DNA of 64,000 bases from an uncultured Candidatus Saccharibacteria bacterium (GTDB lineage Bacteria; Patescibacteriota; WWE3; UBA101185; UBA10185). How positions within the stretch are numbered: the stretch's first letter is position 1; each line of letters starts with the position of its first letter. Below, in pieces: positions 37,873-47,932 of the stretch. A program made the position numbers and the translations under genes. Under the pieces are notes generated by a model. It ran no database searches. It was not told where the DNA came from and was given only the letters and a program-made list of their open reading frames with translations. Where the stretch lies: positions 23,011 to 87,010 of the forward strand of contig CAZBAJ010000002.1 in the NCBI GenBank assembly GCA_964490125.1. The letters run 5' to 3'.

Positions 37873-39990
37873 ATGGCAAAAATTAACGGGACGACAAGTA
37901 AGAAAGTCAAGACGCAAGAAAACACGGCGGATATGCAAAAAAGCACGGTGAAAAATAGTAATAACAATCTGCTAAAAACGGTAGTCAAACAAATGGGTGG
38001 GGGCGCTACAACGGCGCAGGGGGAGCAAAATATGGGTTTTCCGCCCATGCCCAATCTGCCGGGTTTGCCAAAACTTCCCCAAAAGTCGCCCCAAAACCTG
38101 TTTAGCAACATTTTCTTTTGGATGCTTTTGGTGCTGGGCTTTTATCTGGTCTTCAACGCGTTTTCCACCCAGTCGCAACAAGCTTTGCCAGAAAAACCCA
38201 TTACGGAGGTTTTAAAACTAATTAAGGACGACAAGGTTCAGGATGTTGCAGTTACGGGCGACGATTTGGAGATTTTGCTTAAGGACGGGGAAAGGTTTAC
38301 GGCAAAAAAGGAGCTGGGTTTAAGTTTTGATCAACTTCTTAAAAATAACGATCTTTCTGTGGACAAAATCGGCGGGAAAATCTTGGTAAAAACGCCGGTT
38401 TCATGGGAGCAGGTAATTAGCACAGGTTTATCGATTTTGTTTCCTATAATCCTGCTGGTATTTTTGTACAGACAATTTAAGATGGCAAGTGGCGACATGT
38501 TAAGTTTTGGTCGCGCGCGGGTTAAGATTTTTAATAAAGAGACGGCGGTTAAAACCACCTTTGCCGATGTTGCAGGTAATATTGAATCCAAACGCGAGCT
38601 TATAGAAATTGTGGACTTTTTAAAGAATCCAGATAAATACCGCAAACTTGGCGCACGGATTCCCAAAGGCGTGTTGTTGGTTGGACCTTCCGGCGTGGGA
38701 AAAACTTTGTTGGCTAAGGCCGTAGCGGGTGAAGCCGATGTGCCGTTTTTTAGTGCGTCCGGCAGCGAGTTTATGGAAATGCTTGTTGGCGTAGGTTCTG
38801 CGCGGGTGCGGGATCTTTTTGCTCGGGCGCGCGCCGCACAACCGTCGCTCATTTTTATTGACGAGATTGACGCCATAGGCAGACAGCGGGGGACGGGTTT
38901 TGCCGGTGGTGGACATGACGAGCGGGAACAAACCCTTAACCAGATTTTGGCGGAAATGGATGGTTTTGATACTCGCACCAATGTTTTGGTTTTGGCTGCA
39001 ACTAATCGCGGTGAATTGTTGGATCCTGCGTTGGTTCGTGCGGGCAGGTTTGACAGACGGGTTGTAGTACCGCTACCGGATCTAGCCGACAGAAAAGAAA
39101 TTATTAAACTGTATACTAAAAATAAACCCATGGCGCCGGATTTCGACGCGGACAAACTAGCCAAAAAAACCGTGGGTTTTAGTGGTGCCGACATAGAAAA
39201 CATGATGAACGAGGCAGCAATTTTGGCGGCTAGAGAAAGCAAAGTAAATATTAGCAATAAAGATTTAGACGAAGCTTCGCTTAAAGTGACCATGGGGTCA
39301 GAAAGAAAAACCATGCAGACGGAGGCGGAGCGCAAAACCACGGCGTATCACGAGGCGGGTCACGCTTTGGTGGCCACTTTTAGCAAAGACATGGATCCAG
39401 TCCAAAGAATTTCTATTGTCGCACGTGGGGCTTCACTTGGTCATACCAGTTTACCGCCGGAGCGCGACAGGTACGGGGAAACTAAAACCCGGCTAATTTC
39501 ACTAATTGCTACTATGTTGGGTGGTCGGGCAGCGGAGGTGGTTGTGTTTGACGATGTGACAACCGGGGCGTCCGACGATTTGGATAAAGCTACAAAAGTC
39601 GCGCGGGATATGGTGACGCAGTACGGTATGAGTTCCATGGGGTTGGTGTCGTACGGGGGAAAATCTATGTTTGGCATCTGGCGTAATCCGTTTGACGATG
39701 AGCCTAAATACAGTCAAGAAATAATGTCTAAAATTGATGCGGAAGTTAAAAAAATTGTGGACGACGCTTTTGAGTCGGCTAAAAAAATTCTTGTCGACCA
39801 TAAAGAGAAGTTGGACTTGCTGGCTACCAAGCTTTTGGAGGTGGAAACTTTGGACGGTGACGACTACCGCGTGCTTTTAGGTTTGCCAAATCCTGTGCCG
39901 GTTAACGGTGGGAATGGAGGTAACGGAGGTAACGGGGTTAAAGAGGCTGACGGGAAATCATTAGAGGAATCGGTATCCGGAACAAAGTAG
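37873..39990 (+). CDS. ftsH: ATP-dependent zinc metalloprotease FtsH
   Basis: Two TMs, GPSGVGKT, FIDEIDAIG, AYHEAGH. Confidence 0.98.
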   Translation: MAKINGTTSKKVKTQENTADMQKSTVKNSNNNLLKTVVKQMGGGATTAQGEQNMGFPPMPNLPGLPKLPQKSPQNLFSNIFFWMLLVLGFYLVFNAFSTQSQQALPEKPITEVLKLIKDDKVQDVAVTGDDLEILLKDGERFTAKKELGLSFDQLLKNNDLSVDKIGGKILVKTPVSWEQVISTGLSILFPIILLVFLYRQFKMASGDMLSFGRARVKIFNKETAVKTTFADVAGNIESKRELIEIVDFLKNPDKYRKLGARIPKGVLLVGPSGVGKTLLAKAVAGEADVPFFSASGSEFMEMLVGVGSARVRDLFARARAAQPSLIFIDEIDAIGRQRGTGFAGGGHDEREQTLNQILAEMDGFDTRTNVLVLAATNRGELLDPALVRAGRFDRRVVVPLPDLADRKEIIKLYTKNKPMAPDFDADKLAKKTVGFSGADIENMMNEAAILAARESKVNISNKDLDEASLKVTMGSERKTMQTEAERKTTAYHEAGHALVATFSKDMDPVQRISIVARGASLGHTSLPPERDRYGETKTRLISLIATMLGGRAAEVVVFDDVTTGASDDLDKATKVARDMVTQYGMSSMGLVSYGGKSMFGIWRNPFDDEPKYSQEIMSKIDAEVKKIVDDAFESAKKILVDHKEKLDLLATKLLEVETLDGDDYRVLLGLPNPVPVNGGNGGNGGNGVKEADGKSLEESVSGTK

Positions 39991-40066
39991 CTATCGGATA
40001 AAATAATCGGCTTGGGTTGAGGTTGACCTAGGTTTGGTTCAATCGCTAACTTGGATTTGAATTAAT

Positions 40067-41023
40067 ATGAAAAAGTTTTTAATCATCGACCTGTTTAACC
40101 TTATCCATCGTGCGTACCACGCCTTGCCTAAAGAATTTACTGACCGCCAGGGAAATCCCACAAACGCTATTTACGGCGTCGCCTCAATGCTCATAAATGT
40201 TCTGCAACAAGTGTCGCCCGACTATGCCGTGGCGGTTTTGGATACCAAAGTCCCTACTTTTAGGCATGTCGACTTTACGGGTTACAAGGCTCACCGTCGC
40301 CCTATGGAGGATACGCTGTCCGTGCAAATTCCTAAAATTATGGACATAGTTAGTGCGTTTGGGATTAAGATGATTTCGTCAGACGGTTATGAGGCGGACG
40401 ACTTGGTGGGCACGCTGGCTATAAAAAACGCATGCGACTGTCAGATGATTTTGCTTTCTAACGACCGGGATTTATGGCAACTAGCAGGGCAAAATATCTT
40501 AATTATGCTTCCGTCAACTAAGGGCGACAAAATTGAATGGGTAGGAAAAGCCGAGGTTTTAGCACGACTTGGCGTAACACCGGAGCAGGTGCCTGATTAC
40601 AAAGGTTTGGTGGGGGACTCCAGCGATAATATCCCGGGTGTTTACGGTATTGGACCAAAAACCGCCGGAGAATTAATTAAGGAATTTGGGTCGGTGGAGG
40701 AAATTTATAATCATGTGGATAAAGTAAAGCCGGAAGCTTTGCGCAAAAAATTGTTGGATGGATATGAGCAGGCGGTTATGAGCAAAAAATTGGCGACGCT
40801 GGATTTGGAAACACCCGTAGAATTTTCCCGCGAGGATTCTCGTTACGGGAAATTGCCTTTGGAGACTGTTGTTCCAATATTAGAGTCGTACAACTTTAAA
40901 TCTTTGCTTAAAAGGGTTGGTGCGGATGTTGGTGATGGCGGTAAAAGCAGCGTTAACGGTAAAACCGTTGGGAGAAAAAAAGAGGTCGCAGACAATCCGC
41001 AGAAAGGTCTTTTTGATGACTAA
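40067..41023 (+). CDS. Stand-alone 5'-3' exonuclease (PolA N-terminal domain)
   Basis: HRAYHA, PTNAIYG, GYEADD, GDSSDNIPGVYGIGPKTA; no polymerase domain. Confidence 0.93.
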   Translation: MKKFLIIDLFNLIHRAYHALPKEFTDRQGNPTNAIYGVASMLINVLQQVSPDYAVAVLDTKVPTFRHVDFTGYKAHRRPMEDTLSVQIPKIMDIVSAFGIKMISSDGYEADDLVGTLAIKNACDCQMILLSNDRDLWQLAGQNILIMLPSTKGDKIEWVGKAEVLARLGVTPEQVPDYKGLVGDSSDNIPGVYGIGPKTAGELIKEFGSVEEIYNHVDKVKPEALRKKLLDGYEQAVMSKKLATLDLETPVEFSREDSRYGKLPLETVVPILESYNFKSLLKRVGADVGDGGKSSVNGKTVGRKKEVADNPQKGLFDD

Positions 41024-41720
41024 TCAAAAGTATGTTGCAGATAAACCATCCCGTGAGGATTTGAATAGAGATTCCGCTCAACATCTCCCGGATCTAAAAG
41101 ATCGAGGCGAGATGATCGCGAAGAAGCTAAAGGAGCTGTATCCAAATCCCAAAACAGAGCTCGTCCACCAAAATGAGATGCAACTTGTGGTGGCGGTTAC
41201 GCTTTCTGCCCAAACAACCGACAAAAAAGTCAACCAAATTACCCAGTCGCTTTTTAAAAAGTATAAAACTTGGGACGATTTTGCGGGTGCGGATTTGCAA
41301 ACGCTGCAGAAAGAAATCCGTGGGGTTAATTTTCATTTGGGTAAGGCAGAAAGACTAATTAAGGCCGGCAAATACATTGTAGATAATTTTAATGGCAAGG
41401 TTCCGCAAAAACTTGTCGATCTGATAAAAATCCCGGGTGTCGCCAGAAAATCCGCTAATGTAATTTTGCAGGAACTTTGGGGTGTTGCGGAGGGTATTGT
41501 GGTTGACACGCATGTGACGCGGGTGAGTAATCGGTTGGGGTTGACGCGCGAGCAGGACGCGGTAAAAATTGAGCGCGATTTGATGAAAATTATTCCCAAG
41601 GAGTATTGGCGCAACTTCTCTGGTGCGGTAGTTTTACACGGTCGCTATGTTTGCGTCGCCAGAAAACCAAAGTGTGGTGAATGTGGGTTGAATAAACTTT
41701 GCCCCAGCGCCTTTAAATAA
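41016..41720 (+). CDS. nth: Endonuclease III
   Basis: LSAQTTD, IPGVARKSAN, VDTHV, C-x6-C-x2-C-x5-C cluster; ATG overlaps the upstream stop. Confidence 0.96.
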   Translation: MTNQKYVADKPSREDLNRDSAQHLPDLKDRGEMIAKKLKELYPNPKTELVHQNEMQLVVAVTLSAQTTDKKVNQITQSLFKKYKTWDDFAGADLQTLQKEIRGVNFHLGKAERLIKAGKYIVDNFNGKVPQKLVDLIKIPGVARKSANVILQELWGVAEGIVVDTHVTRVSNRLGLTREQDAVKIERDLMKIIPKEYWRNFSGAVVLHGRYVCVARKPKCGECGLNKLCPSAFK

Positions 41721-41739
41721 GGAGGCGTAAAATTAACTA

Positions 41740-42348
41740 ATGAAGCCTTTTTACTTCTACCATCTTATTTCTACCGATGTCGTACTAGATGAAAACGGCA
41801 TCCTGTCGCCACAATTTATGTACGACATCGGAAGATTCGCCGATTTTGACAAGTGTGTTAACAAGTACAGAGAAAGATTGGTAAGCGGGTGGGGCTTGTA
41901 TCCCGACAAGAAGCCGGAAGATCTCACTCGTTCAGAAATAGTAAAGGGAATAAATGAATTCAGGAAATCCGAGGATGGACTGGCAAAAATCTACGCCTTT
42001 AGATATTCACCTTATCGCGGTATGGGAAAAAATATGGATAGGGCAATTATGAACAAAACGGTATTAAGGCTCGATCTTAACCAACTTATTGCCGATAAAT
42101 TAGTAAAGGAAGTAGATTGGGGGTACTGGATGAGTCGCTCTGATAACACACCATTAGACAGAGGCTACTACGAAAAGGTTAGTACCGAAGAGTATTTCAA
42201 GAATTTCGACGATGATAATTCACCGGTTTTTGCCTCACTGAATCACATCGGCGTTATAACATATACAAAATGTATACCGCTAATATATCTTTGTTCGTTT
42301 GATGTTCCGGGCAACATGAGCGAAAGCGTTAGATTGGAAAGTCGTTAG
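41740..42348 (+). CDS. Hypothetical protein
   Basis: 202-aa ORF with AGGAGG upstream; no motif recognised. Confidence 0.7.
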   Translation: MKPFYFYHLISTDVVLDENGILSPQFMYDIGRFADFDKCVNKYRERLVSGWGLYPDKKPEDLTRSEIVKGINEFRKSEDGLAKIYAFRYSPYRGMGKNMDRAIMNKTVLRLDLNQLIADKLVKEVDWGYWMSRSDNTPLDRGYYEKVSTEEYFKNFDDDNSPVFASLNHIGVITYTKCIPLIYLCSFDVPGNMSESVRLESR

Positions 42349-42475
42349 TTTTACCTTGATGGGTTGGCATCAGTGATTTAATAGAACCACACCTCATGTC
42401 GCCTCTAGAGTTTTGCGATAACTACAACTTTTTTAGCCAGAGAAGTTAGAAAAAACGGCGTTAAGTGGTTTGAAA

Positions 42476-43282
42476 TCACTTTACAACTTCTACTTCCTCT
42501 AATAACCTCCTCGCCTCCTGTTTTCTTATTTCTGACATATCCGGCGAATTCAAGATCAAGTTGCAATAAATCTTTGCTAACGGGTAATTTCCTAGTCTAT
42601 GGTGGAATTGAGCATAAGTTAGGTAAATCCCGCCAATCCAGGCAGAAAGCTTTAAGGTTGCCTGATCGTTATTTTCAAGCTCCTCTTTGGCACCTCTGTT
42701 CACTTCGGTTTGAGCCTCGGAGAGAACTTGCCACGCTTGATCTACTCTATCTTGATTGTTTTCTAATATACCAAGCTCAAACAGTACCTTAGCTTTGTCC
42801 TTTTTTAACCAGCCTTTTGAAGCTAAGGTTCCTGCATGTAACTGTTCAGCTTGTTCAATCTTCTCCAGGGCATCTTTTAGCCTGCTGAGTTTTTCTCCTT
42901 GATCCTCTGTATTCAAAGCCATGTCGTAATAAACCATAGACATGTGAACATAAAGGTTGGAAGTGTTTCCTTGCATGTTTGGCGTTTCCGGGTGTTGATC
43001 TATCTTGTCAAGACCTTGTCGACAATATTCTAGTGCTCTGGTTTTTAATGCCTGTCTTTCCTGCGAGTCGTCAAACTGATCTGCCCATTTCCTATACAGA
43101 ATACTCAAGTGTCCGCAAACATCAGCAAAACCTCTTACATTGCTATTAGATTTGTCCCACCCCAAAACCCCTTCAAACAATTGTCTCGACTTCTCGTATT
43201 CCATCCCTTCACGCAGTTCAACGGCGCTGTTTTTTACTCCCTCCCGCTCATCCCTACTCGTTATCTTGTGTATTTTGTCCAT
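42476..43282 (-). CDS. Helical repeat (TPR-like) protein
   Basis: Amphipathic helical repeats; starts 3 nt after the HEPN stop. Confidence 0.6.
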   Translation of the reverse strand: MDKIHKITSRDEREGVKNSAVELREGMEYEKSRQLFEGVLGWDKSNSNVRGFADVCGHLSILYRKWADQFDDSQERQALKTRALEYCRQGLDKIDQHPETPNMQGNTSNLYVHMSMVYYDMALNTEDQGEKLSRLKDALEKIEQAEQLHAGTLASKGWLKKDKAKVLFELGILENNQDRVDQAWQVLSEAQTEVNRGAKEELENNDQATLKLSAWIGGIYLTYAQFHHRLGNYPLAKIYCNLILNSPDMSEIRKQEARRLLEEVEVVK

Positions 43283-43285
43283 AAG

Positions 43286-43735
43286 TCAAACAGTACCAGC
43301 CAATTTTTTATTTGCATTTTCAAGTAACAACTTTACATCACCTACAAATTCCTCAATTTTTCCGCTGATGCGCTGGGCATTTATTCTCCCATATGTGTGG
43401 ACTATTAAATTTCTATTGTCGGTATATTCCAGCCACTTGTTGGGATTTGTAATTAAGCCGTTTTTTATAGCTAACCTGACACATTCTTTTGGACTAAAAC
43501 ACGGCGTCCCCAGACTGTCGTTAAGACCCTTCATCAGCTTCCATGCAGTCTCAAATGTGTAGTCAAATCTTAGTATAATTCCGTCCCTAGAAAGTTCCGC
43601 CTCTGCTTTTTCGCGTGGATCCTCTATGTTCTCAAGCTCTTCCTCATCCTTTAAACCCCAAAGTAGAACGCCCTCCAATGTTAGCAAAGCGTCTTCACAC
43701 TCCTTTAATAATTGTGTCAGTTTTAATTTGTCCAT
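43286..43735 (-). CDS. HEPN-family toxin (HI0074-like)
   Basis: RDGIILRFDYTFETAWK, RNLIVHTY (Rx4H). Confidence 0.9.
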   Translation of the reverse strand: MDKLKLTQLLKECEDALLTLEGVLLWGLKDEEELENIEDPREKAEAELSRDGIILRFDYTFETAWKLMKGLNDSLGTPCFSPKECVRLAIKNGLITNPNKWLEYTDNRNLIVHTYGRINAQRISGKIEEFVGDVKLLLENANKKLAGTV

Positions 43736-44034
43736 ATTTGCTTACTTTGTAGTGCGACTTTTTTGAACTCATCTTCCACTGTAGAAAAGTCCACCAAATC
43801 CACTATAAACGGAACATTTAACCTGTCAAGCTCCAGTTCTATGTTGTATCTAACCTCTGCCGGAATCGATTGACCGTTTCTACCTATAACCCCGATATCA
43901 AAGTCGCTCCATTGTTTTTGTTTGCCCGTTGCTTGGGATCCAAAAAGAAAAATCTCGTATTCGATGGGGGAAAGATATTTTAATATAATTGACTTTATTA
44001 CATCCCGGTATTTAGTGTTGTCGCTAGTATTCAT
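43723..44034 (-). CDS. Minimal nucleotidyltransferase (MNT) antitoxin
   Basis: LFGSQATG...SDFDIGV, VDLVD. Confidence 0.92.
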   Translation of the reverse strand: MNTSDNTKYRDVIKSIILKYLSPIEYEIFLFGSQATGKQKQWSDFDIGVIGRNGQSIPAEVRYNIELELDRLNVPFIVDLVDFSTVEDEFKKVALQSKQIWTN

Positions 44035-44068
44035 GTCGACATTATACCAATAAATCGTACGACACTAT

Positions 44069-44941
44069 TTAAGCTTTACCCGCAGAGCCAAAAAGCATAA
44101 TTTTTCTTTCCACCACTTCCTGTACGGCTTTTATGGCGGGAGGTGTTAGTTTATAAAAAGCTACCTCGTTTGACGAATTTAGACTTTCTTGGAGCGATAG
44201 TTTAAATGCAATCCGCATCTCGGAATTTACATTGACCTTTACAATATTAGACTTTACTGCTTGCCTAACATCGTCGTCATTTATCCCGGAACCGCCGTGT
44301 AAGGAAAGAAAAGTGTTTGGTAATGCCTTCTGAATTTTGTCGAGTAACTCTAAATTAAGTCTTATCTCGTCAGCATAAATACCATGCAAATTTCCTATAA
44401 AACTGGCAAAAGTATCAATACCGGTTTGTTCTACAAAGTAACGCGCCTTTTCCGGGTCGGAATACATGTCCATCTGCTGAAACTTTTTAGGATCTTCTTT
44501 AGTATGATCCTCCGAGCTACCTTGAATGTAGTCCATCTCTCCCTCTACCAAAACTTCATGCGCGTGAGCCAGTTTTACCACTTCCTTAGCTACCACGATA
44601 TTTTCTTCCAAAGGCAGTTTGCTGGTATCTATATGGACATAATCAAAGCCCGCCTCAACGGCCAGTTTGCAAGTTTCAAAATCTTTGCCGTGGTCTAGGT
44701 TTAAAATTATCGGCAGACCCGTTTGCTCACGACAAATGTTTACAAGTCCAACCAATTCTTTTATCCCTATGTAGTTAACTTCCCCGTCTGACGCTTCTAG
44801 AATTAAGGGCGACTTAAGTCTTTGCCCCGCCTGAATTACGGCTTTTAAGGTTTCCAGGTTGCAGACATTAAACGCGCCTATGGCGTACCCTTGATCTTTG
44901 GCTTTTTGTAAAATTTCCCGTGTTTTTGTTTGTGTTGACAT
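44069..44941 (-). CDS. fba: Class II fructose-bisphosphate aldolase
   Basis: YAIGAFN, LDHG, GNLHG, LHGGSG, KVNVNSE. Confidence 0.95.
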   Translation of the reverse strand: MSTQTKTREILQKAKDQGYAIGAFNVCNLETLKAVIQAGQRLKSPLILEASDGEVNYIGIKELVGLVNICREQTGLPIILNLDHGKDFETCKLAVEAGFDYVHIDTSKLPLEENIVVAKEVVKLAHAHEVLVEGEMDYIQGSSEDHTKEDPKKFQQMDMYSDPEKARYFVEQTGIDTFASFIGNLHGIYADEIRLNLELLDKIQKALPNTFLSLHGGSGINDDDVRQAVKSNIVKVNVNSEMRIAFKLSLQESLNSSNEVAFYKLTPPAIKAVQEVVERKIMLFGSAGKA

Positions 44942-44968
44942 TATTTATGAGTATACTACAATGGCTGA

Positions 44969-45036
44969 CGAGAGTCCTGCGCGGTCACCGGACACACGGT
45001 TGGGATGAGTTAAAGCTCGCACACGCGGGCTTTTTT
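44969..45036 (+). ncRNA. Candidate small structured RNA
   Basis: TTGACA(44935)-16-TACAAT(44957); closing stem 44973-44981/45024-45031, two internal hairpins, T6 tail. Confidence 0.5.
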
Positions 45037-46078
45037 ATCCGTCAATTTGTTTTATATCCGATAAGCCATTCATGGGACCGACTTCTCTAATGCAGGCGGA
45101 AGAATTTTTAAGACCCCAAGTCAGGGCGGTTTTTACATCTTTGCTGCGGACTAGGGCGGACAGAAAGCCACTGGCAAAAGCGTCGCCCGCGCCAGTTTTG
45201 TCTACGACTGGTTTGTCGATTTCATAAACTTTGGATTCGTAATAATTTTGACCGTCGTGTACGCTGGCACCATTGTCTGCGTCGGTAATTATCGTCATTT
45301 TTGGACCCAGTTTTTGGAGGACTTTGTGTAAGTGTTCCGTTTTTTGTTTTAACTCGACTTGATTGGGTTGACCGGGGAGGATGGTCTGCCTATCCGCCGA
45401 ATGGGCGCGAAGCCGGGACCCGTTCGGCGGGGGGCAGACCTCCGACCCGTTGTCGCTCTGTTTTAAAATGCGCTCCGCCTCCTCCTTGTTTACAAACAAA
45501 ACATCCGTAATTGCCAAAAACGGTGCGTAAGCTTTAAAACCGGCCTTAAAATGATAGACCCCCGGATTAAAAGCAGTAAGCACTTTGGGATGCGTCTTTA
45601 AATAGTCAACCAGTTCCCGCTGAAATGGCTCAAAGTCTTTTGGCAACGAGGAATAGTACAACCATTTTGGTTCTTCCCAGTTTCGTATTTTGTAGGTTTT
45701 AGGTTTATGGTACGACAAAATTGTGCGCTCGCCTTTGTAAATAATTATGGAATGAATATCAGTTTCGCCGTGATTTTGTACCAGCAGGGAAGTATTTACC
45801 CCCCGCTCGCCCAGCTCGCGCACAAACCTGTTCCCGTTTGCGTCGTCGCCAATTTCTGAATACACCGCCACATTTAGCCCCAATTTTGCCATGCCAACCG
45901 CCACATTGGCGCTGTTACCACCCAAGCTTGTACTAAACTGGGAAACCGGGATTTTCTCTGCATAGTCAAAACAAATTTTGCAATTATCGTGATTGATGTC
46001 GCAAATTACCTGGGCATCGTCCACGCGCAAAAACTCGTCAATAGAAACATCGCTAATTAAAATTGCGTCAAAAGGCAT
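45035..46078 (-). CDS. PfkB family carbohydrate kinase
   Basis: GGNSANVA, VNKEEA, DKTGAGDAFASG. Confidence 0.93.
   Translation of the reverse strand: MPFDAILISDVSIDEFLRVDDAQVICDINHDNCKICFDYAEKIPVSQFSTSLGGNSANVAVGMAKLGLNVAVYSEIGDDANGNRFVRELGERGVNTSLLVQNHGETDIHSIIIYKGERTILSYHKPKTYKIRNWEEPKWLYYSSLPKDFEPFQRELVDYLKTHPKVLTAFNPGVYHFKAGFKAYAPFLAITDVLFVNKEEAERILKQSDNGSEVCPPPNGSRLRAHSADRQTILPGQPNQVELKQKTEHLHKVLQKLGPKMTIITDADNGASVHDGQNYYESKVYEIDKPVVDKTGAGDAFASGFLSALVRSKDVKTALTWGLKNSSACIREVGPMNGLSDIKQIDG
45365..45448. repeat. Palindromic element inserted within pfkB
   Basis: GGTCTGCC..CCGCCGAATGGG/CCCGTTCGGCGG..GGCAGACC; matches insert SEVCPPPNGSRLRAHSADRQT. Confidence 0.75.
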
Positions 46079-46322
46079 AGGCAGTTTCCGGTGTCACGCT
46101 ACCGGCAAATAGGGCAATAACAACCATTTTTCCTATCATATAGCCAAGCGAACCCAAAAACATGCTGACGGAGAATTTGGCCGCCGGTTTAACATGGCTA
46201 AACCCACCAAGATGCATGCCCCAGTAAGTTACAATGACCATAGTAATAATTAAAGAAAACTCCACCACAGGGAAAATCCTAGAGTTTAAAACTACATTGA
46301 CGATATTTTGCGACACAACCAT
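46068..46322 (-). CDS. Small membrane protein
   Basis: Two hydrophobic helices; overlaps the pfkB start. Confidence 0.6.
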   Translation of the reverse strand: MVVSQNIVNVVLNSRIFPVVEFSLIITMVIVTYWGMHLGGFSHVKPAAKFSVSMFLGSLGYMIGKMVVIALFAGSVTPETAYAF

Positions 46323-46350
46323 ATATTTTTCTTAACTTTATTTAACTTGT

Positions 46351-47304
46351 CTAGCTTTTCAAATTAACGACCCTACTCGATTTTAACACAGCTTGGGCAA
46401 TGCCGTTTTTGTCCAGCCCGTGCTTTGCTAGCAGTTGACTGTAGGTACCTGACTCCCCAAAAGTATTGTTTGCGCCAAGAATTGTAATTTTGGTTGGCTG
46501 ATAGGCGCTTAAAAATTCACAAATTGCGCTACCTAGTCCGCCAGCTTGTTGATGTTCTTCTACCACAACCAAATGTCCAAAAGTTTTTGCCAAGTCTAAA
46601 AGCAGTTTTTCGTCCAAGGGTTTTATGGTTGACGCGTTGACGACTTGGACGGAAAGTTTTTCTTCTTCCAATAACTTTTTGCCAGCTTCTAGGACTTGAG
46701 CTAAAACCGGTCCGCTTGCTATAACGCAGGCGTCGGTGCCATCCCTCAAAACAGTCCATCTACCAACTTCAAACGCGTCCTCTTTTGCAGTCAAAACTGG
46801 TGTGGCTTCCCTAAAAAGTCTTATGTAAACAGGTCCGGTAATTTTGGTTGACGAGGTAACAGCCTTTTTTGCTTCCCAATAGTCGCATGGGGAAAGTACC
46901 GTGGTATTTGGCAAAACGCGCATTAGAGCGACATCTTCTAGCATTTGGTGTGTGGCTCCGTCCGGTCCCGCGCTAAAACCCGCATGACTTCCAACAATTT
47001 TTACATTTGCGTTAGAATAACAAATTTGCGTTCTAATAAAATCGTAGTTGCGACCGGGGGAAAAGCTTGCGTAGGAAGCCATAAAAACCGTTTTACCACT
47101 CAAAGCAAGTCCAGCAGATATACCCGCCATATTTTGTTCCGCCACGCCCACCTGAAAAAATCTTTCCGGGAATTTTTGGGCAAATTTGTCGGACGCGGTG
47201 GACTTTGTTAGGTCGGCACACACCACTACAATGTTTGGATCTTTTTCAGCCAACTCCACCAAAGCGTCCCCATAGCCCTCTCTTGTCGATTTATATTCCG
47301 TCAT
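46351..47304 (-). CDS. Transketolase C-terminal subunit
   Basis: GVAEQNM, GPDGATHQ, EEHQQAGGLG. Confidence 0.95.
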   Translation of the reverse strand: MTEYKSTREGYGDALVELAEKDPNIVVVCADLTKSTASDKFAQKFPERFFQVGVAEQNMAGISAGLALSGKTVFMASYASFSPGRNYDFIRTQICYSNANVKIVGSHAGFSAGPDGATHQMLEDVALMRVLPNTTVLSPCDYWEAKKAVTSSTKITGPVYIRLFREATPVLTAKEDAFEVGRWTVLRDGTDACVIASGPVLAQVLEAGKKLLEEEKLSVQVVNASTIKPLDEKLLLDLAKTFGHLVVVEEHQQAGGLGSAICEFLSAYQPTKITILGANNTFGESGTYSQLLAKHGLDKNGIAQAVLKSSRVVNLKS

Positions 47305-47389
47305 GGCAGTTACTTTAACTAAGCCTACTATTAGTCATCCAACACATCTAACACCAATCGGCTCGTTAACCAGTCGTCCAGATTATTTT

Positions 47390-47929
47390 TTAGTCACAAC
47401 TTCGATTTTGCTTGACCACATCAAAACCAATTTCATTGTCGGACCGTTCTATTTTTACAATGTCCACCAGCACATTTTTCTTAACTTCTGGCACGCAGGT
47501 TGCGTCCGGGCTGTACTGAATCAACTGCACTTTTAGTTTTTTCTTGACTTTATCTAACTCCACCCGCTTTATTCTTAGCAAACCTTCCGTTTCTTCTTGG
47601 GTATCGCTGGTAACGCCAATTACCAACTCTTTATTAAAGTCCACCTGACCCAAAAGGCTATCTAGCGACGCTTGATCTGCCGTCATGTCGGCATAGGCAA
47701 AAAACTCCTGCAACTCCGCCTCATTTTCTATTACCCGTCGTACCTTTTTTATTTCTTTATCAGTTACCCACGCCCTAGGAAAACCCTCCATTCTGGTAAT
47801 TTCTATTGTATTGTCGTCCCTAAACCACGGCAATTTTAAAGTGTCCTTAAGGAGCAGGTAGCCCGCGCCTAAAATAAGTACAAAAATTAGGATAACCGGT
47901 ACTATATTCATGTTGCTTTTTCTTGTCAT
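47390..47929 (-). CDS. Membrane-anchored protein, PrcB C-terminal-like domain
   Basis: N-terminal TM, VDFNKELVIGV, paired Cys. Confidence 0.55.
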   Translation of the reverse strand: MTRKSNMNIVPVILIFVLILGAGYLLLKDTLKLPWFRDDNTIEITRMEGFPRAWVTDKEIKKVRRVIENEAELQEFFAYADMTADQASLDSLLGQVDFNKELVIGVTSDTQEETEGLLRIKRVELDKVKKKLKVQLIQYSPDATCVPEVKKNVLVDIVKIERSDNEIGFDVVKQNRSCD

Positions 47930-47932
47930 AAA

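Noticed and set aside
38331-39341. 336-aa ORF antisense to ftsH, and similar shadow ORFs such as 10754-11380 and 827-1135
   Set aside because: They overlap well-supported genes and show no motifs or independent signals.
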